DNA of 64,000 bases from Alphaproteobacteria bacterium (GCA_009784815.1 WQXN01000001.1:140876-204875); one strand, 5' to 3'; shown: positions 1 through 9,611, counted from the stretch's first letter. Numbers and translations are program-made. The notes: generated by a model not told the origin, from the sequence alone.

Positions 1-2
1 AC

Positions 3-776
3 AGAAAGACTTTGGCCAAGAGGGCTTTTTCAGCGGTCGGTACAAGGCACGCTACTAACGCGGGGATGAGCTTGATGCGTGTTATAACCAAACGCATAGC
101 CGAGAATGATTGCGCGGTGGTAAGCGGAATGGCAATCGGCACCGACACCGCGGCGCACGAAGGTGCGCTTGCCGTGGACGGAGATTCAAATACGATCGCG
201 GTTCTGGCCGGAGGCGTGGATTATGTTTGGCCGTTGGAAAATCAAAAGCTTTATGACGAGATAATTCGGCGAGGATGCGTGGTGTCGGAAATACCAGTTG
301 GACAACAGCCGACGCAAAGGCACTTCGCCCGCCGTGATAAAATATTGGCGGCTTTGGGAGAAAAGCTTATATTGGGCGAATCGAACGAAGGATCGGGAAG
401 TCTTATAACCGCAGGCTTTGCAAAAGAATTTGGGCGACGCATATATGCCATACCTTCGCACCCTTCCGATCCCAGGTCTTATGGGCCTAACAGACTGATT
501 CGGGAAAATATTGCAACCTTGTGCATGGGCCCTGATGATTTCTTTACAAAATTAGAATTAAGTGCCTGTGTTGTCAATACAAAAATGGCGGATTTTAGGG
601 CTAAAACGGGCATTGAATCACAGATTTTGGATCTGCTTGGCACAGTACCTGTGAACGAATCGGATATAGCGGTAGGGTTGGGTAAAAATGTATCTGTAAT
701 CAAAAGGGAATTGGTGGTGATGGAGGTTAGGGGATTGGTGGATAAAGTGGATGGAGGCTTTGTAAGGAAGGGTTGA
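3..776 (+). CDS. dprA: DNA-processing protein DprA/Smf (5' end cut by window edge)
   Basis: Frame is open to the window start. Motifs VVSGMAIGTDTAAHEGAL and SGSLITA are typical of the DprA Rossmann-like domain. C-terminal winged-helix-like tail. Confidence 0.8.
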   Translation, partial: RKTLAKRAFSAVGTRHATNAGMSLMRVITKRIAENDCAVVSGMAIGTDTAAHEGALAVDGDSNTIAVLAGGVDYVWPLENQKLYDEIIRRGCVVSEIPVGQQPTQRHFARRDKILAALGEKLILGESNEGSGSLITAGFAKEFGRRIYAIPSHPSDPRSYGPNRLIRENIATLCMGPDDFFTKLELSACVVNTKMADFRAKTGIESQILDLLGTVPVNESDIAVGLGKNVSVIKRELVVMEVRGLVDKVDGGFVRKG

Positions 777-931
777 TAATGGTACGTATGCGGCGGAAAT
801 CCTATGATTTTAAGATTTTGAATAAAAACGGCAGAAATCCGATCAAGTTAAAAGAACCGGAATTGTAATAAAAAAATTGTGGAAAAATTAGAGGCTTGGC
901 TTAGATTGTCCTTGTTGGAAAGGAAATTTGA

Positions 932-2281
932 ATGCCGCTGGGTGAAGTAAACGTATTTAAGGTTGCAAGCGACGCCGCTTCGTCTAAACTTAAAAAAGAC
1001 GAAGCAGCGTCGAAAACGGTTTTCCATAAATTTATGGATTCGGTTTGCGATGCCGTGAACGCGCAGGAATTCAATACTTGGTTTTCAAAAGTCACCGGAT
1101 GTGCTGAGGATGGAAAAATTATTTTGAATGCTCCGAACAGATTCGCGCTTGGATGCATCAAAAGCAAATATTCGGATACCCTTGTTTCACTAGCCGCCGA
1201 AATGCAGATGGGTCTTGAGTTGTCGGACAGGGTTGCGTCCGCGGGCGAGGCTTATATAAACGACAACAGGCCCATAGTTTCCGCGGCAAGTTCCGTGCGG
1301 GAGGAGATAGACGGCTGTTCGTTCGATAATTTCATCACAAGCCCCGGTAATGAATTCGCCGTGGCGGCGTGCAAAAAAATATCCGCCGGCGCCGTTAAAT
1401 TTTCTCCGCTGTTTTTGCACGGAGCCAGCGGAAGCGGTAAAACTCATCTTATGCGCGCGGTGCGTAACGGAATAATCGAAAAAGGCGGGCGCGATGTCGT
1501 CATGCTTTCCGCCGACCGGTTTGTTTCCGATTTCTTGCGCTCTTTGAAAAACGGATCCGCATTTGCGTTCAAGGATAAGATATTGTCCGCGGATGTTCTT
1601 ATTATAGACGGGATTCACGCCCTGGCCGGAAAGCGCGCATGCACGGCCGAATTCGAAAGCCTGCTGGCTGGCGTGGTGGAGAATGGCGGCAACGTCTTGC
1701 TGACTTCGGAATTGGCTCCTGGAGCGTTGGTGGATTTTCCGCGTAGGTTGCAGTCCTTGTTGTCTTCCGGTATCGTTGCGGATTTGTCCTTGCCCGAACG
1801 CGAAGCCAAAATCGCAATTCTGAAAGTCGCCGGAGCGGCGGACGATGTCGCGGGATTCATCGCGGACAATTCCGATGACAACGGCCATGTGATTTCCGGT
1901 ATTGCTAAAAAATTATCCGTTTGGAAGGAAGCATTTGGCAACGACATGACTATGCAGGAAGCTTCGCGCGCGCTGTCCGATTCTTTGCGCGCGAAAAACG
2001 CGCCGGAAGATTTTGTGAAAAAGATGTGCGATGCGCTGGCGGTTCCTATGGACGATATTTTGTCCGCGCGCCGCCACGCCCGCGTAGTCCGCGCCCGTCA
2101 GATGATGATGGCGGTTTTGAAAATTGACACGAATCTGTCCCTGGCCGAGATAGGGCGCGTGCTTGGAGGAAAGGATCACGCCACGGTTATTTACGGCATT
2201 GCCAGCATTGAAAAACAAAAATCTTGCGATCTGACGATGACGGCCGAAATCGAGATGCTTCGCGCCGCGTGCAAGGGTTAA
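932..2281 (+). CDS. dnaA: chromosomal replication initiator DnaA
   Basis: Walker A GASGSGKTHL. C-terminal DNA-binding signature LSLAEIGRVLGGKDHATVIYG. 449 aa. Confidence 0.85.
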   Translation: MPLGEVNVFKVASDAASSKLKKDEAASKTVFHKFMDSVCDAVNAQEFNTWFSKVTGCAEDGKIILNAPNRFALGCIKSKYSDTLVSLAAEMQMGLELSDRVASAGEAYINDNRPIVSAASSVREEIDGCSFDNFITSPGNEFAVAACKKISAGAVKFSPLFLHGASGSGKTHLMRAVRNGIIEKGGRDVVMLSADRFVSDFLRSLKNGSAFAFKDKILSADVLIIDGIHALAGKRACTAEFESLLAGVVENGGNVLLTSELAPGALVDFPRRLQSLLSSGIVADLSLPEREAKIAILKVAGAADDVAGFIADNSDDNGHVISGIAKKLSVWKEAFGNDMTMQEASRALSDSLRAKNAPEDFVKKMCDALAVPMDDILSARRHARVVRARQMMMAVLKIDTNLSLAEIGRVLGGKDHATVIYGIASIEKQKSCDLTMTAEIEMLRAACKG

Positions 2282-2288
2282 CGCGCCT

Positions 2289-2657
2289 CTATTCGTTTTC
2301 CATTATGGGCAGAATACATTTTGTTTGAGTTTCGTTCGGTATCAACTGGACTTTTCGGACATCGTCCCAGGGACAGAATTCGCACCGGTTGCCCAATGAT
2401 ATTTGAGTCGAGTCGCAGGGTATGCATTCCTTGGTCATGGTTTGAAATTCGTTCGGAGAGCAGGTGACGCTTTCGTCTATGTAGTCTTCGCGGCGGACGC
2501 ATCCTGTTTGGGTTGCGTTAGGGATAAGCTGTACACGGCCTTCCTTGGGACAGAACCGGCAGCGTCTTCCGTCCCAGAACTGCGCCGGGCTGCAATCTAT
2601 TTTTGCGTTTGCAGGGAGAGATAATGCCGCGAAGATAATCAGTATGGCGTAGCGCAT
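2289..2657 (-). CDS. small secreted cysteine-rich protein with internal duplication
   Basis: N-terminal signal-like MRYAILIIFAALSLPANA. Two copies of the unit C(R/E)FCP...VQLIPN(A/E)TQT(G/K)C. Confidence 0.5.
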   Translation of the reverse strand: MRYAILIIFAALSLPANAKIDCSPAQFWDGRRCRFCPKEGRVQLIPNATQTGCVRREDYIDESVTCSPNEFQTMTKECIPCDSTQISLGNRCEFCPWDDVRKVQLIPNETQTKCILPIMENE

Positions 2658-2660
2658 ATT

Positions 2661-3221
2661 TTACTTCTTTATTTTTTTCATTGCTGACAAAGTGTAACGC
2701 GCCGCGGACCAGGCGGTCATCAAGGTCGCGATCGCAAGCGTTGCCAAAGCCGAGTCCAGGATTATTCCATGCCAGTCGATCAGCAGGTCGTTCATATAGA
2801 GGTAGAAAAACAAGAAGAATATCATAAGGGAAATCATCTGCGCGACAGTTTTGATTTTGCCGCCTTTGTCCACCGGAAGATCCATCTTTTGCGAGCCCAT
2901 GAATTCGCGAAGACCCGAAACGTAAAGGTCGCGGCAGATCGCGATCGATACCATGACTATGACAAGCGGAGTCTGCACGGCAAGCATCGTGATTATCATG
3001 GCGATAGTCATCAGCATCTTGTCGCCCATATGGTCCAGTACTCCGCCCAGTTTGCTGGTAGCGTGAAATCGGCGCGCCAGAACGCCGTCTAGGTAGTCGC
3101 TTGCCGCGGCAAGAAGAAACAGTATCAGCGCAGCGCCCCAAAGCTGAAAAAACACAAGCGGCAGCAGCGCGAATGCCGATAGAATTCTGAATATCGAGAT
3201 TCCGTTTATAAATGTTTTCAT
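2661..3221 (-). CDS. pgsA: CDP-diacylglycerol--glycerol-3-phosphate 3-phosphatidyltransferase (CDP-alcohol phosphatidyltransferase family)
   Basis: Family motif DYLDGVLARRFHATSKLGGVLDHMGDK (DGxxAR...G...D...D). Multiple hydrophobic spans. Confidence 0.8.
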   Translation of the reverse strand: MKTFINGISIFRILSAFALLPLVFFQLWGAALILFLLAAASDYLDGVLARRFHATSKLGGVLDHMGDKMLMTIAMIITMLAVQTPLVIVMVSIAICRDLYVSGLREFMGSQKMDLPVDKGGKIKTVAQMISLMIFFLFFYLYMNDLLIDWHGIILDSALATLAIATLMTAWSAARYTLSAMKKIKK

Positions 3222-3261
3222 TAAAGTTTCCCTTTTTTATTTTTCTCTGTTTTGTCGCAAG

Positions 3262-4734
3262 CTATTCTATCATATCCGGATGGAAGAATAGAAAAATCTT
3301 TTCTGCCATGTCGGGCGAGATGCCCTTTGCCGCCGCGAGAGCTTTGGCCGGAGCGTCCTTTATAAGGTCCAGGCTTCCGAAATGCGCCAGCAGGGCGCGC
3401 CTGCGTTTCGGCCCGACGCCTTCGATTTCCGACAATATCGACGATGTCGCGGATTTTGCGCGCAGCCGCCTGTGAAACGTCACCGCGAATCTGTGCGCTT
3501 CGTCGCGCACCGCGCGCAGAAGTAAAAACAGCTTGGTGTCTTTTTCGATTTTTGCATCAATCCCGTCCGGCATTATGAAATGCTCGTCCCCGCTGCGCAC
3601 TTCGCCCTTTGTGACGCCCAGCACCGGCGCGGATATGTCCAATTCGCGCAAGACTTTTTGCGCTGCGTTCCATTGAGCGCGCCCTCCGTCCACTATTATC
3701 AGCGAGGGTGTCGAGCCGTCTATTTTCGCGCGGGAAAATCTGCGGCGCAAAAATTCTTCCATCATGCCTATGTCATTGCCGGCCTGCGATTTGTCTTCCA
3801 GTTTGTAGTGTCTGTATTCGGATTGAACGAAGCCTTCATGCGTAAACACTATCATCGCGCCGACCGGATTTTTTCCGAACAGGTGCGAGTTGTCGAACAC
3901 GTCGGCGCGGCGCAGATCTATCCCAAGCCATTCCTTGAGTTCTTTTATTGGTTCGTCCCATTTTTTTAGTTTGTATGCGAAAAATTTCCCTTCCGTTGGA
4001 ACTGCGCGGTCGGAAATTTTCCCCATCTGCGCCGTGGTTGCGAGAGCCTTTAGTCTGTCGCGCATACTGGCTGCGGTTTCGAAATCCTGCGCGTCGCCTG
4101 CCGCCTGCATGCGTTGTTTTAAGTCTATGCTTATGTCCGCGGAATTTCCCGACAGGGTTTTGCGTGCAAGTTTCACGTCTTGGTTATAATTTTCTTTCGA
4201 TATTTTCCCGCAGCATGGAGCGCTGCATCTTTTGATTTGATAAAGTATGCAGGGTCGCGCGCGGTTCTTCAGCTGCGCGTCGGAGCAGGTTCTAAGCATG
4301 GTCGTTTGCTGAAGGGTTTTGATCGCGTCGTTAAGTTCGGCGCCGGACGGATAGGGGCCGAACACGTCTTTGGATCCGGTTATTTTGGCGCGGAATTTCA
4401 GCAGCCTTGGATAATCCGATTTCGTAAGGGTAAGCATCGGATACATTTTGTCGTCCCGCATCAGGATATTGTATTTCGGTTTTTCACTTTTTATCAGGTC
4501 CTGTTCCAGAATCAGCGCTTCCGATTCGGTGGGCGTAGTCTTTATATCTATTTTCGACACCTGGGAAACCATTCCTGCAAGCCGGGCGTCCAGCCGGTTC
4601 TGGTCCGAGTATTGTTTAAGGCGCGCCGCTAGATTCTTGGCTTTCCCGACGTAAAGCAGCACGTCGTTCGAGTCGTAAAACATATAGACTCCGCAACGTT
4701 CTGGCGCGCCTTTTATCAAATCGGAAAATTGCAT
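3262..4734 (-). CDS. uvrC: excinuclease ABC subunit C
   Basis: N-terminal GIY-YIG (GVYMFYDSNDVLLYVGKAKNLAARL). C-terminal HhH (IEGVGPKRRRALLAHFGS). 490 aa. Confidence 0.85.
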   Translation of the reverse strand: MQFSDLIKGAPERCGVYMFYDSNDVLLYVGKAKNLAARLKQYSDQNRLDARLAGMVSQVSKIDIKTTPTESEALILEQDLIKSEKPKYNILMRDDKMYPMLTLTKSDYPRLLKFRAKITGSKDVFGPYPSGAELNDAIKTLQQTTMLRTCSDAQLKNRARPCILYQIKRCSAPCCGKISKENYNQDVKLARKTLSGNSADISIDLKQRMQAAGDAQDFETAASMRDRLKALATTAQMGKISDRAVPTEGKFFAYKLKKWDEPIKELKEWLGIDLRRADVFDNSHLFGKNPVGAMIVFTHEGFVQSEYRHYKLEDKSQAGNDIGMMEEFLRRRFSRAKIDGSTPSLIIVDGGRAQWNAAQKVLRELDISAPVLGVTKGEVRSGDEHFIMPDGIDAKIEKDTKLFLLLRAVRDEAHRFAVTFHRRLRAKSATSSILSEIEGVGPKRRRALLAHFGSLDLIKDAPAKALAAAKGISPDMAEKIFLFFHPDMIE

Positions 4735-4791
4735 TTATTCGCCTTTTGTGGTATCATTGCCTTAATAATAAAACAAATGCCGGAGGTTGCA

Positions 4792-5265
4792 ATGTATAAA
4801 AACGAATCGGGTAGGTCCATGATAGAAATGATGGGCGTGCTGGCTGTTATGACTATAATCACTATCGCGGCTTTTACAATGGTGCCGAACTTGCTTAGGA
4901 ACCAAAAAAAGCTTCAGGTGCGCGAGGAGATTTCCATGATGGTGCAGAACGTTCGCATGCTTATGTCCGAGTACGAGGATTTTAGCAATATCGACGGAAA
5001 TCTTATATTCGGCGCGATCGGAATGTCTCAGAAAAATCCTTATGGCGGGACTTATGAAATCCTTGCCGATCCGCAGAATCCGCGACAGTTTATCATCGTG
5101 ATCACCGGACTGTCCGGCGACGACTGCAAGTATTTCCGCATGATGGGCTGGAAGGATTCTATCGGTTACTTGCGTTCCGACGGTCGGCAAAGCGGCGCGA
5201 GTTCCGAACCACTGGATTGTTCGGGCCGTGACGGCAACAACATTGTGATGATAACGTTCGGTTAG
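4792..5265 (+). CDS. prepilin-type N-terminal cleavage/methylation-motif protein (pilin/pseudopilin-like)
   Basis: GRSMIEMMGVLAVMTIITIAAF resembles the G/FTLIE prepilin leader plus hydrophobic helix. ATG at 4792 with GGAGG at 4782-4786 is preferred over the upstream track start. Confidence 0.55.
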   Translation: MYKNESGRSMIEMMGVLAVMTIITIAAFTMVPNLLRNQKKLQVREEISMMVQNVRMLMSEYEDFSNIDGNLIFGAIGMSQKNPYGGTYEILADPQNPRQFIIVITGLSGDDCKYFRMMGWKDSIGYLRSDGRQSGASSEPLDCSGRDGNNIVMITFG

Positions 5266-5319
5266 AAAAGGCCGGGTTTTCGCAGTTTTATTCAGCGCAT
5301 TTGTGTGACAGGATTTCTC

Positions 5320-5350
5320 TTGACAAAATACGGGGGGGGGGAGGTAGAAT
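5320..5350 (+). promoter_or_regulatory. sigma70-like promoter with a G10 tract in the spacer
   Basis: TTGACA (5320-5325), 19-nt spacer containing G x10 (5332-5341), TAGAAT (5345-5350). Lies 40 nt upstream of the ATG at 5391. Confidence 0.45.
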
Positions 5351-5390
5351 TACCTAAGTTAATGCAATAAAACAACTTAGGGAGTTTAAA

Positions 5391-5867
5391 ATGTGTGTGC
5401 AGAAAAATTTCGTGAAGTACAACCCCGGTAAATCATTTGAAGATCTTGACCCGTCAAATTATTCGATTGAGAATAAGGGCGGGTTGACCGCCAAGCTTAA
5501 TTATTCAATCATAGAAATCAATGTGATTTCGCCCACTATAACCAAAGAAGACGCGGATAGTAAATTTAAGTGCGTGATGGATTGTTGGGATTGTGCGAAT
5601 CTTCAAAAATGCGCCGCGGAACAGAATTCTCTTGGAAATCATGTTTTGGATTCTACGCGTGCCACTGTGCAGGACAAGGGTTGCAATCTTCCGCATATAG
5701 TTACAGATTGGGTGAAGGCGCAGTTCCCGAAGTCCAAAATATTTATGAATGTGACTTTTAACGATAGGGACGGATCAAGGCGCAAGAAGGTGATAGATCT
5801 TTATCCTTGCGATACGTTGAATTCTATCAAAAAGTTCGCCATGCAGAATGGGTATCGTATAATTTAA
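5391..5867 (+). CDS. hypothetical protein (AT-rich accessory gene)
   Basis: 158-aa ORF with GGGAG RBS. Candidate promoter upstream and hairpin terminator downstream. No recognisable motif. Confidence 0.45.
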   Translation: MCVQKNFVKYNPGKSFEDLDPSNYSIENKGGLTAKLNYSIIEINVISPTITKEDADSKFKCVMDCWDCANLQKCAAEQNSLGNHVLDSTRATVQDKGCNLPHIVTDWVKAQFPKSKIFMNVTFNDRDGSRRKKVIDLYPCDTLNSIKKFAMQNGYRII

Positions 5868-5877
5868 GTCCAAAAAC

Positions 5878-5903
5878 TTATCGCCGCTCTCGCGGCGATA
5901 AGT
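5878..5903. terminator. bidirectional intrinsic terminator hairpin
   Basis: cttatcgccgc-tctc-gcggcgataag stem-loop flanked by AAAA and TTTT, between convergent genes. Confidence 0.6.
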
Positions 5904-5904
5904 T

Positions 5905-6861
5905 TTAATAGCGGTTGGAGGATTTTAGGACTTTGGTGTTTTTGTGCTTATAAAGTTCTATCATCTCGTCCCGGGCGGCGCCAAGGTATCCGCGCGGATC
6001 GAACGCGTCGGGAGATTCTATCAGGAACTTGCGCACCGCGGCGGTAAACGCCAGGCGCGAGTCGCTGTCCACGTTTATTTTGCATACGTTCTTTTCCACG
6101 GCCTTTATCAATTGGTCTTCCGGTATGCCGATCGCTCCTGAAATCTTTCCTCCGAACTTGTTTATTTGTTCGACCAGGTTTTGCGGGACGCTTGACGCGC
6201 CGTGCAGCACCAACGGAAAGCCGGGTAGGCGCGCAGCGATTTCATCCAGTATGTCGAAGCGCAGCATATCGGATTCCGATTTGAATTTATATGCCCCGTG
6301 CGAGGTGCCGATCGAGATCGCAAGGCTGTCAACACCGGTGGCCGTAACGAATTTTATTACGTCGTCTGGATTCGTATATACTGATTTTGCTATATTCAGA
6401 TCGTCCTCGATTCCTTTCAGCGCGCCCAGTTCTCCTTCCACCGATACGTCGAATTTTTTCGCATAGTCGACTACTTGTTTCGTAAGTTTGATATTTTCTT
6501 CAAGCGGCAGGGCCGAGCCGTCGATCATCACGCTTGAAAATCCTGAGTCTATGCATTCCTTGCATATAAGAAAATTTTCGCCGTGGTCCAGATGCAGCGC
6601 GATCGGAGCCTTCATGCCCAAATCATTCGCGTATTTCGTCGCGCCGCCCGCCATTGCGGAAAGCAGCGTGGCGCCTACGTAATTACGCGCGCCGCGGCTT
6701 ACTTGAAGTATCACGGGCGACCGGGTATCGGCGCAGGCTTTTATGATTGCTTGTAGCTGTTCAAGGTTGTTGAAGTTGTATCCTGGAACCGCGTATTTTT
6801 CGGATTCCGCTTTTTTAAGCATTTCGGCGGTGTTTGAAAGGCCTAGATCTTTGAATTTCAT
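5905..6861 (-). CDS. fba: class II fructose-bisphosphate aldolase
   Basis: IALHLDHGENF and VLHGASSVP motifs of the class II FBA/tagatose-bisphosphate aldolase family. Confidence 0.85.
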   Translation of the reverse strand: MKFKDLGLSNTAEMLKKAESEKYAVPGYNFNNLEQLQAIIKACADTRSPVILQVSRGARNYVGATLLSAMAGGATKYANDLGMKAPIALHLDHGENFLICKECIDSGFSSVMIDGSALPLEENIKLTKQVVDYAKKFDVSVEGELGALKGIEDDLNIAKSVYTNPDDVIKFVTATGVDSLAISIGTSHGAYKFKSESDMLRFDILDEIAARLPGFPLVLHGASSVPQNLVEQINKFGGKISGAIGIPEDQLIKAVEKNVCKINVDSDSRLAFTAAVRKFLIESPDAFDPRGYLGAARDEMIELYKHKNTKVLKSSNRY

Positions 6862-6900
6862 GACATTGACTCCTATCTGTTCTTAGTTTAGCATAAGCTT

Positions 6901-7479
6901 ATGTTCGATGCAAAATGGTTTTTTAATTTGGAAAAACGCTTGGTTAGGGCCGGTCTTGGCTCGGACTTGGATAGTTTTGACGTCATAAAAAAGCGTCTAT
7001 CAAGCGGTGAAAAATTCGATGCCGACGAATTCGCGCGCCAAGCGGCTTATGTAATCTTGGCGGGCGGGTTTTCTCAAAAAACCGCCAAGGCCAAGCATGT
7101 GGAAATTATGGACGCTTTGAAGAAGGGTGCGCCGCTGGAAAATATTTTTAGGAATAAAAACAAGACCCGCGCGATTCAAAAAATTTGGAATGATCGGAGC
7201 GCTTGTCGCGACGGTTATTACAAATGCGTGGGCTTGGACGCCAAGCTTGATTATTTGGCCAAGCTGCCGCATATAGGAAAGATCACAGCGAATCATTTGG
7301 CGCGTAATCTGGGCGAGGATATAGTGAAGTATGACGTTTGGATAATGCGGCTTGGATCAAGGTTCCCGGGCGGGGCGGACAAAATGTTCGCGCATCTTGT
7401 TAAGGAAACTGGTTTGCCGCGCGGGTATATCGACGTGGTGTTATGGAAGGCTATGCAGCAGGGGTTGATTAATGATTGA
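6901..7479 (+). CDS. hypothetical protein with helix-hairpin-helix-like motif, possibly DNA-repair related
   Basis: LPHIGKITANHLARNLG resembles an HhH element. Overlaps the ung start by 8 nt, which suggests an operon. Confidence 0.35.
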   Translation: MFDAKWFFNLEKRLVRAGLGSDLDSFDVIKKRLSSGEKFDADEFARQAAYVILAGGFSQKTAKAKHVEIMDALKKGAPLENIFRNKNKTRAIQKIWNDRSACRDGYYKCVGLDAKLDYLAKLPHIGKITANHLARNLGEDIVKYDVWIMRLGSRFPGGADKMFAHLVKETGLPRGYIDVVLWKAMQQGLIND

Positions 7480-8137
7480 TGTAAAGATCGAGGAATCTTG
7501 GAAACAGGTATTGGCTGATGAATTCGCAAAGCCTTATTTCAAAGAGCTGACGGATTTCGTCCGCGCGGAATATAAATCGGGAAAATATATTTATCCGAAA
7601 GCGTCCGATATTTTCAACGCTTTCAACTTGTGTCCCTTTGATAAAGTCAAGGTCGTGATCATAGGTCAGGATCCTTATCACGGGCCGGGGCAGGCTCATG
7701 GGCTTTGTTTTTCCGTTAGGGAGGGCGTGGATCTGCCGCCCAGTTTGCAAAATATTTACAAAGAGATTAAGTCCGATCTTGGACGCGATTCCGCGACCAG
7801 CGGCGATCTGACCAAGTGGGCCGAGCAGGGCGTTCTGTTGTTAAATTCGACTTTGACCGTGCGCGCTCATGCCGCGGCTTCGCACGCGGGCAAAGGCTGG
7901 GAGCAGTTTACCAGCGCCGTTATTAAATCATTGACCGCGCGGAGCGGGATCGTGTATTTGCTTTGGGGAAGTTACGCCAAGCGCAAGGCGGAATCCGTCG
8001 ATCCGTTCGCGAATCTTTTATTAGAGTCCGTGCATCCCTCGCCGCTTAGCGCGCACCGCGGATTCTTCGGAAATCATCATTTTTCCAAGGCGAACGAGTA
8101 TCTGGCGAGCAAAGGCGGCGAGCCTATAGACTGGTGA
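7472..8137 (+). CDS. ung: uracil-DNA glycosylase (family 1)
   Basis: VVIIGQDPYHGPGQAHGLCFSV and HPSPLSA motifs. Confidence 0.9.
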   Translation: MIDVKIEESWKQVLADEFAKPYFKELTDFVRAEYKSGKYIYPKASDIFNAFNLCPFDKVKVVIIGQDPYHGPGQAHGLCFSVREGVDLPPSLQNIYKEIKSDLGRDSATSGDLTKWAEQGVLLLNSTLTVRAHAAASHAGKGWEQFTSAVIKSLTARSGIVYLLWGSYAKRKAESVDPFANLLLESVHPSPLSAHRGFFGNHHFSKANEYLASKGGEPIDW

Positions 8138-8138
8138 T

Positions 8139-9611
8139 TTAATGCCGTTCGGTGGTGCGGCCGGGTTTACCCCCGAAAGCTGCGGTTATCAGGACGTTGT
8201 TTCCAAATCTTCCCTGTATGTCCTTTGCTATATCGTCGTATACGGACATCGGAATATCGGTCGATACGAACGTGCTGAAGTTGAGCGTGTCTACGGAATT
8301 TATTTCGATCTTTAATAGTTTCCCGTCCGGGCCTCGGTGCTCGTGGTTTTCCTTAACTTGGGTCAGCGCGTACGACACCCGCGAAACGTCCTTTATTTTC
8401 ATCAGATTGTTCGCAAGCTGCTCGCGTTCGGCGTAATCAATTTCCGCGGGCGAACCGTTGGGGTAGAACATGCGTACTTCGACTTGGTATCCGTCCACGC
8501 GTTTGCCGTCAAGTGTCACGCCGGTTGTGGAGATCGTGTTGCAGAGAGTCACATAATGCTGGGACAGCTTGTCCAGATCACTATAGTTGGCGATCCATCG
8601 CCCTAATATTTCTCCGGCCGCGCTTCGCATTTCTTTGAACCTGTCGTTTATTACTCCGTCTATTCCGCGCGATCCGTGGCCGTTGTTATCGGCGGTGTTC
8701 AAAAGCGCGGCGAAATACTGGCGTGTCTTCCATGTCGGGTCTAGTTTTTTTATTTTTCCGCTGGCTATGGCTTGTTCGATTCTATATCTGACTATTGCGT
8801 CGCATATTCCGGTAAAGTCTAAGGATCCATTATCAAGGGTTCCGTCTACGCGCACTCCTAAACCAGGGCCGGGGAAGGCCGGTTGATTATATAATTCCAT
8901 GCTTAGTCCAAGATGCTCGCCCAGAGAAATAACCTGATGCTTCCAAATCCATTCCAAGGGCTCGACCACTTCTATGTTCGAGTTTTCCAAGCGTTCTGCC
9001 AGCCAGGGCACTTCGTTATGATGCGTTTTGGTAAAAACGCCGGTTTTGCCCTTGCCGGATTCCGACTTGTCCGCCGCGTTGGATCCTTGGAAAAAATACT
9101 GTATGTCGCCGCGCATATCCGCATAGTCTCCGAATATGTCGGCGAACAGGTTCCCTATGATCTGACGGCGACCAAGATCCGTTTCTGCATCGTCGAAGCC
9201 TGTGGCTTTGGCGAGTTCTTTTATGTAACGGACCCTTTCGTCGAGATATATGATGTCGCCGAACTGTTCTTGGAGAAGTTTGAGAAGTCGGTCCGTTTCA
9301 TATCCGAAATCGTCTTCGGAACTTAGAGGATAATCGCGGCGCAAGAGGCCGGTGTTAACGAATACCGGAATTACTTTGTCATGGCCGTAAAATTTTCTGA
9401 GAGCGGCCAGCAATGTTGTGGAGTCTATCCCGCCGGATACCGCGACCATGACTTTCTTTCCCGGAGCAAGAGGGTAATTATTGGTTAGGTAGTCGAATAT
9501 TTGCTGTTCTATTACATCGGGGGCGATCTCAGCGTTTTTATCCGCGGTTGGAATTTTTTCTTTGGTAGGAAATTTTGAAACAAAATTATTAGGTCGTTTT
9601 AAAGATTGCAT
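8139..9611 (-). CDS. GMP-synthase-like PP-loop ATP pyrophosphatase without a glutamine amidotransferase domain
   Basis: PP-loop VAVSGGIDSTT. FPGPGLGVRV. C-terminal GGKPGRTTERH resembles the GuaA C terminus. ATG at 9611 with AAGGA RBS. The track's N-terminal extension runs through tRNA sequence. Confidence 0.55.
   Translation of the reverse strand: MQSLKRPNNFVSKFPTKEKIPTADKNAEIAPDVIEQQIFDYLTNNYPLAPGKKVMVAVSGGIDSTTLLAALRKFYGHDKVIPVFVNTGLLRRDYPLSSEDDFGYETDRLLKLLQEQFGDIIYLDERVRYIKELAKATGFDDAETDLGRRQIIGNLFADIFGDYADMRGDIQYFFQGSNAADKSESGKGKTGVFTKTHHNEVPWLAERLENSNIEVVEPLEWIWKHQVISLGEHLGLSMELYNQPAFPGPGLGVRVDGTLDNGSLDFTGICDAIVRYRIEQAIASGKIKKLDPTWKTRQYFAALLNTADNNGHGSRGIDGVINDRFKEMRSAAGEILGRWIANYSDLDKLSQHYVTLCNTISTTGVTLDGKRVDGYQVEVRMFYPNGSPAEIDYAEREQLANNLMKIKDVSRVSYALTQVKENHEHRGPDGKLLKIEINSVDTLNFSTFVSTDIPMSVYDDIAKDIQGRFGNNVLITAAFGGKPGRTTERH

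Noticed and set aside
877-885. DnaA box / oriC upstream of dnaA
   Set aside because: There is only one near-consensus box (TGTGGAAAA versus TGTGGATAA) in a 155-nt spacer. That is insufficient to call an origin, and alphaproteobacterial origins are usually not adjacent to dnaA.
1190-1888. 232-aa minus-strand ORF inside dnaA
   Set aside because: It is antisense to dnaA, and the sense frame carries the Walker A and DnaA signature motifs.
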